Shown: positions 46,337 to 56,050 of the stretch, in pieces | Layout: each line of letters begins with the position of its first letter | Position numbering within the stretch: position 1 is the stretch's first letter | DNA from: Bacteroidota bacterium | Lineage (GTDB): Bacteria; Bacteroidota; Bacteroidia; Chitinophagales; Chitinophagaceae | NCBI GenBank assembly: GCA_031362085.1 | Contig: JANLSA010000450.1 | Location: 1 to 56,050, forward strand | Direction: 5' to 3' | DNA length: 56,050 nt | Notes under the pieces: model-generated | The model's input: only the letters and a program-made list of their open reading frames with translations | Databases searched by the model: none | What the model was told of the DNA's origin: nothing | Position numbers and translations under genes: made by a program

Positions 46337-47092
46337 CTAAATATTTAACCCACCGCAAACACTAATTGTTTGCCCGGTAATATAATTTCCCATTTCACAC
46401 GAAAGAAATAAAGCTGCATTGGCTATATCTTCTGATGATGCAAAACGACCTAACGGAATACCCGCTTTGTACTTATCTGCCGCTTCACCTTCTTTTAAAT
46501 AACTCGTCATATCCGTTTCTACAAAACCGGGTGCAATCGCATTGCAGCGGATATTTCTACTGCCCAATTCTTTGGCCACTGATTTTGTAAAACCAATAAT
46601 ACCGGCTTTGCTTGCTGCATAACTTGATTGACCGGCATTGCCAATTTCACCAATAATAGAACTCATATTTATGATAACACCATTTTTTGCTTTCATCATT
46701 GGTCTGATCACCTGCTTGGTCATATAAAATACACTATTCAGGTTTACCTGTATCACATCATTCCATTGTTCCGGAGTCATACGAAGCAGTAAATTGTCTT
46801 TTGATATGCCCGCATTATTTACACAAATGTCAACCGAACCAAACTCTTTCAGCACATCATTTACTAAAACTTCGCATTGTGCAAAATCACCTGCATTACT
46901 TTTATATGCTTTCGCTTTTACACCCAAGGCCTGTAGTTTGGTTTGCAAGGCAGCTGCTTTTTCTGCACTGCTATCACTTACATACGAAAAGGCAACGTTA
47001 GCTCCATGCTCTGCAAATTTGATAGCAATAGCTTCGCCGATACCACGGGCAGCCCCGGTTACAATTGCATTTTTTCCTTCGAGTAGTTTCAT
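46337..47092 (-). CDS. fabG: 3-oxoacyl-[ACP] reductase
   Basis: TGAARGIG, NNAG and the S...YAASKAG triad; length and pattern typical of FabG. Confidence 0.85.
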   Translation of the reverse strand: MKLLEGKNAIVTGAARGIGEAIAIKFAEHGANVAFSYVSDSSAEKAAALQTKLQALGVKAKAYKSNAGDFAQCEVLVNDVLKEFGSVDICVNNAGISKDNLLLRMTPEQWNDVIQVNLNSVFYMTKQVIRPMMKAKNGVIINMSSIIGEIGNAGQSSYAASKAGIIGFTKSVAKELGSRNIRCNAIAPGFVETDMTSYLKEGEAADKYKAGIPLGRFASSEDIANAALFLSCEMGNYITGQTISVCGGLNI

Positions 47093-47102
47093 ATCAGTTA
47101 GT

Positions 47103-47951
47103 TTATATAAAAATCATTGTGGTGAAAAATAAAATAATTCTGTAAAGCGGAATAATAATAATTAAAAAGATGATCAAAAATAGTAATGATTTTACAACCG
47201 TCCACAGCCAATTTTGGTTATAAAATCTTTTCAGTGCAGAAACTATCATTATAAGAAAACCGCCTTCGATGATGAACTCGATTGTCGCATTACTGATAGG
47301 AAGATGAAAATCGTTGCTTATAAAATGACCCAACCGGTCAATTAAATACAATGATAATGGCAAAATTAAAAAACCAAAAACCACCAGGAAAGAATTCAAT
47401 TCAGCAGAAAGTATAAAATGATCAAAAAAATACCTTCGTTGTTTGAAATATAACCCGGACAATACAAGTGCCGTAAGCGGGAGATAGAGAAGTAGTAAAA
47501 TTTTTGATACTTTGGCAGATTTTTCATCATACTTTTTTGCCAGCACTTCAAAACTTAAATCCCTGTTTATTGCCTTTTGCTTTGCAACCGGCATTGTTAT
47601 CCGCTGATATTCGGAATTCTTGTTTGTGTATGCATAAAACTCCATATTCAGCCCTCTGAAGAAAGGGAAAAGCAAATAGACTACAACACATAGGAGGTAG
47701 AGTGAAACCGGTTTAAAATATTTTTTCCTGATCCCTGCGACGTATTCTGATGATACAAGCCCCGGATGGATAAAGACTGATTTTATTGTCTTGAAGAATG
47801 CTCCGTCAAAATGGGTAATAAAGTGAACTGCCTCATGCAGTATATGATGAAGGGTTTTATCATGCTGATGATAAATTTTTTCACCGCAATTGCTGCAATA
47901 ATTACCGGTAAATGTATGACCGCAGTTTTTACAAATAGTTGCTTCGTCCAA
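47103..47951 (-). CDS. DUF3667-like membrane protein with N-terminal zinc ribbon
   Basis: CKNCGHTFTGNYCSNCGEK followed by multiple TM helices. Confidence 0.7.
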   Translation of the reverse strand: MDEATICKNCGHTFTGNYCSNCGEKIYHQHDKTLHHILHEAVHFITHFDGAFFKTIKSVFIHPGLVSSEYVAGIRKKYFKPVSLYLLCVVVYLLFPFFRGLNMEFYAYTNKNSEYQRITMPVAKQKAINRDLSFEVLAKKYDEKSAKVSKILLLLYLPLTALVLSGLYFKQRRYFFDHFILSAELNSFLVVFGFLILPLSLYLIDRLGHFISNDFHLPISNATIEFIIEGGFLIMIVSALKRFYNQNWLWTVVKSLLFLIIFLIIIIPLYRIILFFTTMIFI

Positions 47952-47954
47952 AAG

Positions 47955-49460
47955 CTAGATTTTTATTGCCAGTATTTCTTCCAACGTTTTTCTTTCATTA
48001 CTCAGCCTTGGTACTTTGTGCTGCCCGCCCAATTTACTCTTACTGCGTAGCCATTCTGTAAAAACTCCCTTTTTTAATGAATGAACGATTGGCAAACGCA
48101 ATGCAATATCCTTATGCCGCTTTACTTCATAATCACTGTTAATGTTTTTTAAAGCAGCATCTAATTCTTTTGTAAATAAAATCAGATCGGAGGGTTCTTT
48201 TTCAAATTCTATCAACCATTCATGCGCCCCATTCGAAGATTCGGAAAAATATACCGGCGCAGCTGTATAATCATTTACTAATGCTCCTGTTTTTTCGCAT
48301 GCCATGGTAATTGCATTGTCTGTATTATCCACCATCACTTCTTCGCCAAATGCATTCATATAATGTTTTATTCTACCCGAAACTTTTATCCGGAATGGTT
48401 TTAAGCAAGTGAATTGAATGGTATCACCCAATTGATAACGCCACAATCCACCGTTGGTAGAAATAATAGGTGCATAGTTTTTTCCCAACTCCACTTCTTC
48501 CAATCCAATGGTATCAGGATTTTTTTTACCCGCTTCATTTGTTGGCATAAATTCAAAAAATATTCCATGATCCAGGAACAATAACATATCCTCACCATTA
48601 CTTGCCTGAGCCGAAATAAATCCTTCGCTTGCATTATATATTTCAAGATAGTTAATGTCTTTACCAATCAATTTCTGAAACTGTTCTTTATAAGGTGTAA
48701 ACGAAACGCCACCGTGCATATATAATTCTAATGAGGGCCATACCTCACTCATTGATTTTTTACCGGATATTTCCAAAATGCGTTTAAATAAAACAATTGT
48801 CCAGGTGGGTACACCCGAAATCGATGTCACATTTTCTCCTATTGTACTCTGCGCCAGTTTTTCAATCTTACTTTCCCATTCATCCATCAGTGCAATACTT
48901 AAATCAGGAGTACGTAACCAATGACCCCAGAAAGGAGTGTTTTGCAAAAGCACTGCACTTAAATCTCCAAACTGTGCTTCTTCATTCAATGGATTGATCG
49001 TATGACTGCCACCAATTACCAAACCTTTACCAGTAAGTAATTCAGATTCGGGATGAGTATGATAGTACATCGTCAGTACATCTTTGGTTGCTTTGTAATG
49101 ACAATCTTCCAGGCTTTCATCGCTGATAGGGATGAATTTACTTTTGTCATTTGTAGTACCGCTGCTTTTAGCAAACCAATAGATGGGGGTATTCCATAAA
49201 ACATTTTGTTCTCCATTCATCATACGAAGAATATAGGGCTTCAAGTCATCATACTCATGTACCGGCACAGAATCCTTAAAAGAACGAATCGTAAACAGTT
49301 TTGAAAAATCATATTTTTTACCAAACTCCGTGTATTGGGCTGCAGTTACTAAACTTTGAAGTACTTCACGTTGCGCCTCCACGGGGTTATTTATCCATGC
49401 TTCTATTCGCCACATACGCATACGGGCAAGAGATGATATGGCAGGTGAAAGTATTTTCAT
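47955..49460 (-). CDS. GH3 (auxin-responsive promoter) family acyl-adenylate-forming enzyme
   Basis: Bacteroidota GH3-type N-terminus (RMRMWRIEAWINNPVEAQREVL...TEFGKKY) and SSGTT motif. Confidence 0.8.
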   Translation of the reverse strand: MKILSPAISSLARMRMWRIEAWINNPVEAQREVLQSLVTAAQYTEFGKKYDFSKLFTIRSFKDSVPVHEYDDLKPYILRMMNGEQNVLWNTPIYWFAKSSGTTNDKSKFIPISDESLEDCHYKATKDVLTMYYHTHPESELLTGKGLVIGGSHTINPLNEEAQFGDLSAVLLQNTPFWGHWLRTPDLSIALMDEWESKIEKLAQSTIGENVTSISGVPTWTIVLFKRILEISGKKSMSEVWPSLELYMHGGVSFTPYKEQFQKLIGKDINYLEIYNASEGFISAQASNGEDMLLFLDHGIFFEFMPTNEAGKKNPDTIGLEEVELGKNYAPIISTNGGLWRYQLGDTIQFTCLKPFRIKVSGRIKHYMNAFGEEVMVDNTDNAITMACEKTGALVNDYTAAPVYFSESSNGAHEWLIEFEKEPSDLILFTKELDAALKNINSDYEVKRHKDIALRLPIVHSLKKGVFTEWLRSKSKLGGQHKVPRLSNERKTLEEILAIKI

Positions 49461-49490
49461 TACAGTACCAAAATAAATAATATTTCGAGA

Positions 49491-50483
49491 TTAGTTGGTG
49501 TTATATGCAACAATGATTTGTTGTTTCAGCTTTTCTTTTAATGCAGTATCGCAAAAGGAGTGGGCAATGGCTTCCAGGTTGCATTTTAAAAAATGAGCTT
49601 TACCCCAATTAAACGTTTTTTCAAGCAATCCGTATTCACCAGATAAAGTGACGGGAGTAACTGTTTTCGCATCCGTATTGATGCTCATGGAAACTCCCCA
49701 ATTATAAATTTTTTCTGCTGGATGATCGGTAATCGTATTTACAACATTTGTCTGCACATTACTGGTGGGGCAAACTTCCAGGTGTATATTATTATTTTTC
49801 AAAAACTCAAGTAGTTTATCATCTTCAGCACTTCTTATGCCATGCCCGATGCGTGAAGGATGAAAATACTGCAATGTTTCCCAAACACTGTCTGCGCCTT
49901 TTGCTTCGCCGGCATGTGATGTAATATGAATGCCATGTTCTTTTGCAAACAGAAATGCAGTTGTATGTTCATCAACAGGAAATCCGGCTTCATCACCTGC
50001 AATATCAAATGCAACAACGTTAGTGCCTTTGAATTTTTCCACTAACTGAACAGTTTCCATGCTTTGTTCTTCAAAAAAATGACGAAGCGTACATAATATA
50101 ATTCTAGCTTCTACACCTGTACTTTTTATTCCTTCTGTTACAGCAGCATTTACGGTTTCCACCACTTCGGTTGGCGAAAGACCATTTGCAATATGTAATA
50201 AAGGTGCAAATCGTATTTCTGCATAGATGACATTATCAGCTTTTAATTGTTCAAGCAAATCCAGTGTCACCAAACGTAACTGTTCTTTTGTCTGCATCAG
50301 TTCATACCCTTTAACTGCCCTCACCAGATAATCAACAAGGTCAGTACATTTTGCAGGGGCTATAAATGATTGTTGATATACTTCAAAAGATATTGCAGGA
50401 TCAATTTTCTGTACAACAGAATAACTTAAACTGCAATCAAGATGCAGATGCAATTCAATCTTTGGAAGGGTTTGATATTTCAT
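49491..50483 (-). CDS. add: Adenosine deaminase
   Basis: LPKIELHLHLDCS metal-binding motif, SHAGE, and SINTDA (catalytic Asp). Confidence 0.88.
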   Translation of the reverse strand: MKYQTLPKIELHLHLDCSLSYSVVQKIDPAISFEVYQQSFIAPAKCTDLVDYLVRAVKGYELMQTKEQLRLVTLDLLEQLKADNVIYAEIRFAPLLHIANGLSPTEVVETVNAAVTEGIKSTGVEARIILCTLRHFFEEQSMETVQLVEKFKGTNVVAFDIAGDEAGFPVDEHTTAFLFAKEHGIHITSHAGEAKGADSVWETLQYFHPSRIGHGIRSAEDDKLLEFLKNNNIHLEVCPTSNVQTNVVNTITDHPAEKIYNWGVSMSINTDAKTVTPVTLSGEYGLLEKTFNWGKAHFLKCNLEAIAHSFCDTALKEKLKQQIIVAYNTN

Positions 50484-50516
50484 AATAAACAGAACAGCAA
50501 AATAATCTGAAAAAAA

Positions 50517-51206
50517 TCAGGAATCTAATTCCGGAAGAATATCTTTTATACTTTCCACCTGTCGGAAATTTTTATGCTCAATTGTTTCTTCCACATGTTC
50601 ATGCACCCAGGTTGTATGATATGGAATATGTACGGCATGACCACCGATAGCCAGCACAGGCATCACATCCGATTTTAATGAATTGCCGATCATTAAAAAT
50701 TCTTCAGGTTGTATGTCTAGATGTTTGATTAGTTTAAGATAATCGGACTCCTGTTTATCACTCATAATTTCTATATGATGAAAATAATGTTCCAGCCCCG
50801 ACTTTCTGAGTTTTCTTTCCTGATCTAATAAATCACCTTTGGTAGCAACCACTAAACGGTATTTATTTTTCAATTGCTTCAAAACATTTTCCATTCCATC
50901 TAATATTTCAATGGGTTTTTCCAGTTGATCTTTTCCATACTGAATTATTTTTTCAAGTACACCCATGCTTACATTCTTATTTGAAATACGCAGAGCTGTT
51001 TCAATCATTGAAAGAACAAATCCTTTTATTCCATATCCATACAGGGGAATATTCTGCATTTCGGTTTTGTACAATTCATTCATAACCGAATGAAGTGGCA
51101 GATAATCTTCCAGCAAGGCAGCAAATTTTTCTTCCGTTTCCCTGAAGTATGGTTCATTTACCCAAAGGGTATCATCAGCATCGAAGGCAATTACTTTCAG
51201 GGGCAT
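50517..51206 (-). CDS. HAD-superfamily hydrolase
   Basis: FDADDTLW (DxDxT), TKGD and GNSLKSD motifs. Confidence 0.8.
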   Translation of the reverse strand: MPLKVIAFDADDTLWVNEPYFRETEEKFAALLEDYLPLHSVMNELYKTEMQNIPLYGYGIKGFVLSMIETALRISNKNVSMGVLEKIIQYGKDQLEKPIEILDGMENVLKQLKNKYRLVVATKGDLLDQERKLRKSGLEHYFHHIEIMSDKQESDYLKLIKHLDIQPEEFLMIGNSLKSDVMPVLAIGGHAVHIPYHTTWVHEHVEETIEHKNFRQVESIKDILPELDS

Positions 51207-51229
51207 ATTGATGTAGAGTAGTTGAGATT

Positions 51230-52003
51230 TTAATTTTCTGCGGAATCCCTCGCTTCTTCATGCAGATAATCTTTTCTTTTTAATTCAAAATTTCTTCCAA
51301 GGTATAATCGGCGCACATCTTCATCATCAGCTAATTCTTCTGCCGTACCGTGCTTAAATATTTTTCCATCAATCATTAAATAAGCACGGTCGCATATCGA
51401 GAGTGTCTCAGTTACGTTATGATCGGTTATCAGTATGCCAATGTTTTTATATTTCATTTTTGCAACAACAGCCTGTATATCTTCCACTGCTATCGGGTCA
51501 ATACCCGCAAAAGGTTCGTCCAATAAAATAAATTTAGGATCAACGGCCAATGCCCTGGCAATCTCGGTTCTTCTTCTTTCACCACCGCTTAGCACATCGC
51601 CATTGCTTTTACGTACATGGCCCAGCCGGAATTCTAAAATAAGTGATTCCCGTTTTGCATGCTGATCCTGTTTTGAAAGATTTGTCATTTCAAGTACGGC
51701 AGCAATATTATCTTCCACACTTAGCTTACGAAAGATGGATGCTTCCTGTGGAAGGTAGCCAATTCCCATTTTTGCCCGTTTATACATTGCAAGTTTGGTA
51801 ATATTTTCATCATCTAAATAAACGTTTCCTTCATCGGGTTTTATTAGTCCCACCACCTGGTAAAAAGTTGTTGTTTTACCAGCACCATTCGGCCCGAGTA
51901 AACCAACAATCTCTCCCTGTTTTACCTCAATAGAAACCTGGTTGACAACAACCCGTTGCCCGTATTTCTTTACTAAATTTTTTGTATGGATGGTATGGAA
52001 CAT
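51230..52003 (-). CDS. lptB: LPS export ABC transporter ATP-binding protein
   Basis: Walker [10 protein letters not shown], signature LSGGERRR, Walker [10 protein letters not shown]. The ATG at 52003 is preferred, because the upstream TTG at 52012 lies inside the -7 promoter box. Confidence 0.88.
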   Translation of the reverse strand: MFHTIHTKNLVKKYGQRVVVNQVSIEVKQGEIVGLLGPNGAGKTTTFYQVVGLIKPDEGNVYLDDENITKLAMYKRAKMGIGYLPQEASIFRKLSVEDNIAAVLEMTNLSKQDQHAKRESLILEFRLGHVRKSNGDVLSGGERRRTEIARALAVDPKFILLDEPFAGIDPIAVEDIQAVVAKMKYKNIGILITDHNVTETLSICDRAYLMIDGKIFKHGTAEELADDEDVRRLYLGRNFELKRKDYLHEEARDSAEN

Positions 52004-52009
52004 TGGAGA

Positions 52010-52017
52010 CAAATGTA
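52010..52017 (-). promoter_or_regulatory. TAnnTTTG -7 box for lptB
   Basis: The minus strand reads gcttacatttgtctc, and the box ends 6 nt before the ATG at 52003. Confidence 0.45.
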
Positions 52018-52112
52018 AGCATTGAAAAAGAATTGACTCAATTTGTAAGATGCTTTAACGTAGTTTTTGTTCAATGGCATTACATGCTTAGTTTTGCCAC
52101 CAATTTACAAGA

Positions 52113-53063
52113 ATGAAAGTAACAGATCATATAGCACAGGCAAAAGGTACACTTATCTCATTTGAAGTATTGCCTCCTTTAAAAGGCAAAGGTATCGAAG
52201 CATTATATAAGCATCTTGATCCATTAATGGAATTTAAACCGGCTTATATTAATGTTACCTACCACCGCAGTGAGCATGTTTTTAAAAAACAAGCCAATGG
52301 ATCTTTTCAAAAAGTGGTGGTTCGTAAAAGACCGGGAACAGAAAGTATTTGTGCCGCAATAATGAACCGGTATAATGTGGACACTGTTCCGCATCTTATT
52401 TGCGGCGGCTTTGGTGTGATGGAAACAGAAGATGCACTTATTAACTTACATTATCTCGGTATTGATAATGTGCTTGTGCTTCGTGGCGATGCTGCAAAAA
52501 ATGAAACGAGTTTTGAGCCCGAACCCGGCGGACATAAATATGCAATTGATTTATTGAAACAAGTTGCCAATCTTAATGCCGGCGTTTACCTGGAAGAAGA
52601 TTTAAAAGATACTTCCAAAACAAAATTCTGTATTGGTGTGGCGGGCTATCCTGAAAAACATTTTGAAGCACCGAATATGGACAGCGACATTCAGCACCTG
52701 AAAGCCAAAGTGGATTCCGGTGCAGATTATATTGTAACGCAAATGTTTTTTGACAATAAAAAATATTTTGCTTTTGTGGAAAAATGCAAAGCAGCAGGCA
52801 TCAATGTTCCAATTATTCCGGGACTAAAACCCATTACTACAAAAAAGCAACTGACCATGCTGCCCCGTACATTCTATGTTGACCTTCCAACAGATTTACT
52901 CAATGCTATGCTGCAGTGTAAAACAGATGAAGATTGTGAAAAGGTAGGAGGTGAATGGCTGCTGGCACAATCAAAAGAATTAAAAGCTGCCGGAGTTCAG
53001 GTGTTGCATTATTATACCCTGGGCAAACCACATGTTGTTGCAAACGTAGTGAAGCAGCTTTGA
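52113..53063 (+). CDS. metF: Methylenetetrahydrofolate reductase
   Basis: ISFEVLPP...YINVTYH...GVAGYPEKH...GADYIVTQMFFD motifs. Confidence 0.9.
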   Translation: MKVTDHIAQAKGTLISFEVLPPLKGKGIEALYKHLDPLMEFKPAYINVTYHRSEHVFKKQANGSFQKVVVRKRPGTESICAAIMNRYNVDTVPHLICGGFGVMETEDALINLHYLGIDNVLVLRGDAAKNETSFEPEPGGHKYAIDLLKQVANLNAGVYLEEDLKDTSKTKFCIGVAGYPEKHFEAPNMDSDIQHLKAKVDSGADYIVTQMFFDNKKYFAFVEKCKAAGINVPIIPGLKPITTKKQLTMLPRTFYVDLPTDLLNAMLQCKTDEDCEKVGGEWLLAQSKELKAAGVQVLHYYTLGKPHVVANVVKQL

Positions 53064-53064
53064 T

Positions 53065-53176
53065 GGAATTAGGAATTGGTAATTTGGAATTTTATTGTGA
53101 ACGTATGCAAGGACAGAAACATTTATTTTATTTGTAATAAATTCCTCCCAATTCCTAAATCCTAATTACCAATTCC
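53065..53176. repeat. GGAATT-based imperfect inverted repeat between convergent genes
   Basis: ggaattggtaatt (53072-53084) pairs perfectly with aattaccaattcc (53164-53176). More ggaatt/aattcc units flank both arms. Confidence 0.6.
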
Positions 53177-53178
53177 AC

Positions 53179-55119
53179 TTACTTAAGAATTGAAGCAAGC
53201 ACTGCTTGATTCACCACAACCGCATACTTCTTCTTCAAAGCTGCTACCCATTTATTTTCCATTACATTTTGATAATCGTTTATTACAAGCCCTTTTGCTT
53301 CGGCAAAACTTCTTGGCGTGATAGCGTTGTATATTTTTAAAACGTAAGCAAATGAAGCAGACTTGTCATCGTTATTCACAACAGGTGTTGTTACTGCACC
53401 CGCAGAAAGTGTAATTTTATTTTTGTTGGGAATATTTTCTAATTCTATTCTTGATGAATCGGATAAAACTTTTTCTTCATACGTTGAAATTGCATTTTGC
53501 CAGCCAGCAGGGTTTTTCTTTATTTTTTCATAAGCTTCATTAGCTGTTGCTTCATCAGTACAGAAAAAAAGGATAGCATCTGCACTTGGCTTCCAGTTAT
53601 ACTTCGTTTTGTTTTTTTCAAAATAATTTTTTAATGCGGCTGTATCTGTTTGTGCATTGTTCCAGATTTCCCGCTGCATTATTTCGAAAAACAGATTACC
53701 ATCCCTGAATTCATTCATCTGATTGCGGAAGTCTTCATTATATTTTTCAAGATGCTCACGATAGTAAAGCATTACATTACTTTGAATAAATTCTTCCATC
53801 AGCTCGTCGTGTGTTTTCAATCCGCCGGCATTATTAAACCGGAATACCTGCGCATATCCAATCCAGTCTGCAATGTGAAAGCTGCTGTCACCAATTTTAA
53901 AAAGCGTTGCCAATTTATCCTGCTGCGACCCAATCCCTAATTTCTTCATATCGATAATGCTGTCCGTGTAAGCCTGAAGTACAGGTGCATTGTATGGGAA
54001 AAATTTACAACCGGCCTGTTTTTTTATTTTTTCAAGCATGGTTTTTTGCGAAGCAGAAGTTCTTTCTGCATTGTTTACAGCTGTTTTTAATTCACTCCAG
54101 TTTATTTTATCTATAGTGTCTTTTATAACAGGAACTGCACTCAACCTCTTTATAATATGAAAGCCATGTGAAGTTTCAAAGGGCATACTTATAGCACCAT
54201 CTTTTTTTAAACCAAAAGCATTTTTTTCAAATTCTGGTTCATATTGCCCAATGCCAAATGTTTGCATATTACCCATTGCAGCTGCAGAAATATAATCGTT
54301 GCTGAATGCAGTTGCTAATTTCGAAAAATCATCGCCAGCTTTTAATCTTTCGTAAATCGAATCTATTTTTGATTTTATAATTTTTTTCTCATTTTCTTCA
54401 GCACCGGGAGGAAAAGCAAGTAAAATCTGTTGTGCCTTTAATTTGCCAATGGCACTACGTTCTTCTATATTTTTAAAAATATGATAACCGCTTTTAGACC
54501 GATACGGTGCGGAAGACTTTCCAATAGGAGTTGAGTAAATAATGTTTTCAAAAACATAAGGCAAGGTAAAAACAGTTATGAAGCCAATATCGCCTTTATT
54601 ATTTTTGGCTGAAGGATCGTCAGAAAACTCCCCGGCAAGTTTCATAAAATCTTCGCCAGCTGCCAGTCGTTTTATTATTTCATCCTTCTTTTTATCTGCG
54701 CCAGCCAGATCGGTGGCCCCGGTATTCGTTTTAAATGCAATAAAAATATGTGCAACATGGATATCTTTCTGGCTTCGGTGAAATGCCTCCAGAGTTAGTT
54801 TATCCAGAGCACCCGGGTCAGTCATATAGTTATCTATAATCTGTAACCGGAGATTTTCCACTTCGCTGATCAGGGATGGTATTGTATCATATTTTCTGGA
54901 ATAGGCTTCTCTTACTTTTAGTTTTGATTTGATATAAAGGTCCAGATAATCTTTAATTGCCTTGCTGCGATTGACAGCAGGTGAAATGGAATTGTTTTTT
55001 TCGAAGGCTCTTAAAAATTCTTTAGCATCTACAGAATACTTGCCATAAGTAAAAAGTTTTTGAGTGAAGGCGGATGAAATAAAAAGAACAAGGGCCGCAG
55101 TCAAAAATATTTTTTTCAT
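53179..55119 (-). CDS. PpiD/SurA-like periplasmic peptidyl-prolyl isomerase (PpiC/parvulin type)
   Basis: Signal/anchor sequence; parvulin motifs SKSGYHIFK and TSHGFHIIK. Confidence 0.8.
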   Translation of the reverse strand: MKKIFLTAALVLFISSAFTQKLFTYGKYSVDAKEFLRAFEKNNSISPAVNRSKAIKDYLDLYIKSKLKVREAYSRKYDTIPSLISEVENLRLQIIDNYMTDPGALDKLTLEAFHRSQKDIHVAHIFIAFKTNTGATDLAGADKKKDEIIKRLAAGEDFMKLAGEFSDDPSAKNNKGDIGFITVFTLPYVFENIIYSTPIGKSSAPYRSKSGYHIFKNIEERSAIGKLKAQQILLAFPPGAEENEKKIIKSKIDSIYERLKAGDDFSKLATAFSNDYISAAAMGNMQTFGIGQYEPEFEKNAFGLKKDGAISMPFETSHGFHIIKRLSAVPVIKDTIDKINWSELKTAVNNAERTSASQKTMLEKIKKQAGCKFFPYNAPVLQAYTDSIIDMKKLGIGSQQDKLATLFKIGDSSFHIADWIGYAQVFRFNNAGGLKTHDELMEEFIQSNVMLYYREHLEKYNEDFRNQMNEFRDGNLFFEIMQREIWNNAQTDTAALKNYFEKNKTKYNWKPSADAILFFCTDEATANEAYEKIKKNPAGWQNAISTYEEKVLSDSSRIELENIPNKNKITLSAGAVTTPVVNNDDKSASFAYVLKIYNAITPRSFAEAKGLVINDYQNVMENKWVAALKKKYAVVVNQAVLASILK

Positions 55120-55141
55120 GTAATTGAATTTATTAATGGGT

Positions 55142-56050
55142 TTAGTTATTTGCTTTCATTTTCATAGTCAGTACTTCATCCATCTGCAGGTAAGTTAGTT
55201 TTTTGGCAATGATTCGTTTGTCTTTGTCCAACAAATATAGTGTAGGAAAAGATTGTACATCATACAACTGGGAATAACCGGGTATGTTATTGGTCACTCT
55301 TTCTTTTTCCTCGGCTTTTGAATAAAACACATTCATCCATTCCAATTTATTTTCTGTGATAAAATTTTTCCAATCATTAATCGTTCCGTCTGTTTGTTTT
55401 GAAACGGCATAAATTTTTAATCCTGCTGCTTTCCATTTAGTACGGTAGATGCTGTCAATCTTAGGTAATGTTTCTTTGCAATGGCCACAGGTGGCATCCC
55501 AAAAACACACAAGGGTATAGGGAAAATTTTGTGCATACAGGCTTATTTTTTTACCGGAACTGTCTGGCAACTCTATATCAGCGGCGGGTGTTCCATATAT
55601 ATTTGCCATCAAACTAAAAGCCCGGTCTGTAACCAATTTTTTTGCTTTCTCATTCAGAAATGAATATTCTTTATTGGCTAAATATTTTTCATATAAATGC
55701 ACAAACACCGCATCTTCCCACATATATTTTTGATTGTAATAGCGGTTAATGAGTTTGGGCATCAGAAAGCGGGTCATTTCGGGGCTTATAGATGCGTATG
55801 CAAGCATCCAGTCAATTTCTTTTATTATAGAATCTGCATTGGGTGCAACTACTTGTTCAAAATATTTATCAAACTTGCCTTCAAAGAAAGAGGTACGTGC
55901 AAACATGTCATCATAGAAATCAACACCATTCCAATAATTATTTTTATAATACCGGTAAGCATAAGCCGAATCATATTTACCACCGGGATGTAATGCTGCC
56001 GGGGGAACAATGGGTTCTTCCATTCCTTTTAATAAGCGGCTTAATATTCC
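55142..56050 (-). CDS. TlpA-like thioredoxin-fold thiol:disulfide oxidoreductase with DUF5106-like N-terminal domain (5' end may run off the window)
   Basis: Redox motif WDATCGHCKE. The reading frame stays open upstream of the ATG at 56023, up to the window edge. Confidence 0.75.
   Translation of the reverse strand, partial: GILSRLLKGMEEPIVPPAALHPGGKYDSAYAYRYYKNNYWNGVDFYDDMFARTSFFEGKFDKYFEQVVAPNADSIIKEIDWMLAYASISPEMTRFLMPKLINRYYNQKYMWEDAVFVHLYEKYLANKEYSFLNEKAKKLVTDRAFSLMANIYGTPAADIELPDSSGKKISLYAQNFPYTLVCFWDATCGHCKETLPKIDSIYRTKWKAAGLKIYAVSKQTDGTINDWKNFITENKLEWMNVFYSKAEEKERVTNNIPGYSQLYDVQSFPTLYLLDKDKRIIAKKLTYLQMDEVLTMKMKANN

Noticed and set aside
52955-53137. 60-aa ORF overlapping the metF 3' end.
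   Set aside because: It is a translation of the GGAATT repeat units and overlaps a well-supported CDS.
1-56050. tRNA, rRNA, tmRNA or known riboswitch (SAM, TPP, cobalamin, purine) signatures upstream of metF, purF, adk and elsewhere.
   Set aside because: No T-loop (GGTTCGAATCC-like) strings or conserved riboswitch cores were found by eye. This needs an Infernal/tRNAscan run to be definitive.

Overview
AT-rich, tightly packed chromosomal segment that looks like Bacteroidota (Chitinophagia/Sphingobacteriia-like). The basis is TAnnTTTG -7 promoter boxes directly upstream of several genes, no obvious Shine-Dalgarno sites, and typical DUF4834, DUF3667, DUF4197 and GH3-family genes. I support about 49 protein genes. 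I found no rRNA, tRNA, CRISPR array, transposase or integrase. Housekeeping content: pxpA/C/B (5-oxoprolinase), rimP-nusA-infB, two SurA/PpiD-like PPIases, purF, adk, msrB, an M16 peptidase, fabG, add, lptB and metF. Accessory content: (1) an oxidative (Weimberg/Dahms-type) pentose cluster next to a GH10 xylanase, with an apparently periplasmic oxidation half (5.5-13 kb). (2) A paaZ/enoyl-CoA hydratase pair split by an inserted small kinase-like gene, with a duplicated paaZ 3' end beside it (39.7-40.6 kb). (3) The best candidate for a new system: a compact same-strand operon of three unrelated, signal-peptide-less proteases (papain-like C1, caspase-like C14, subtilisin-like S8; 42.8-46.3 kb), all with intact catalytic motifs, sitting between housekeeping genes. 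Other observations: nusA is split by a 1-nt frame break in a T5A3 run. A family of GC-rich perfect palindromes includes one identical 22-mer found both in an intergenic spot and in frame inside a CDS. There is a perfect 26-nt palindrome in the rimP-nusA-infB leader, and several hairpin-dense ORF-free stretches. All product calls rest on motif and family recognition by eye; no database search was possible.
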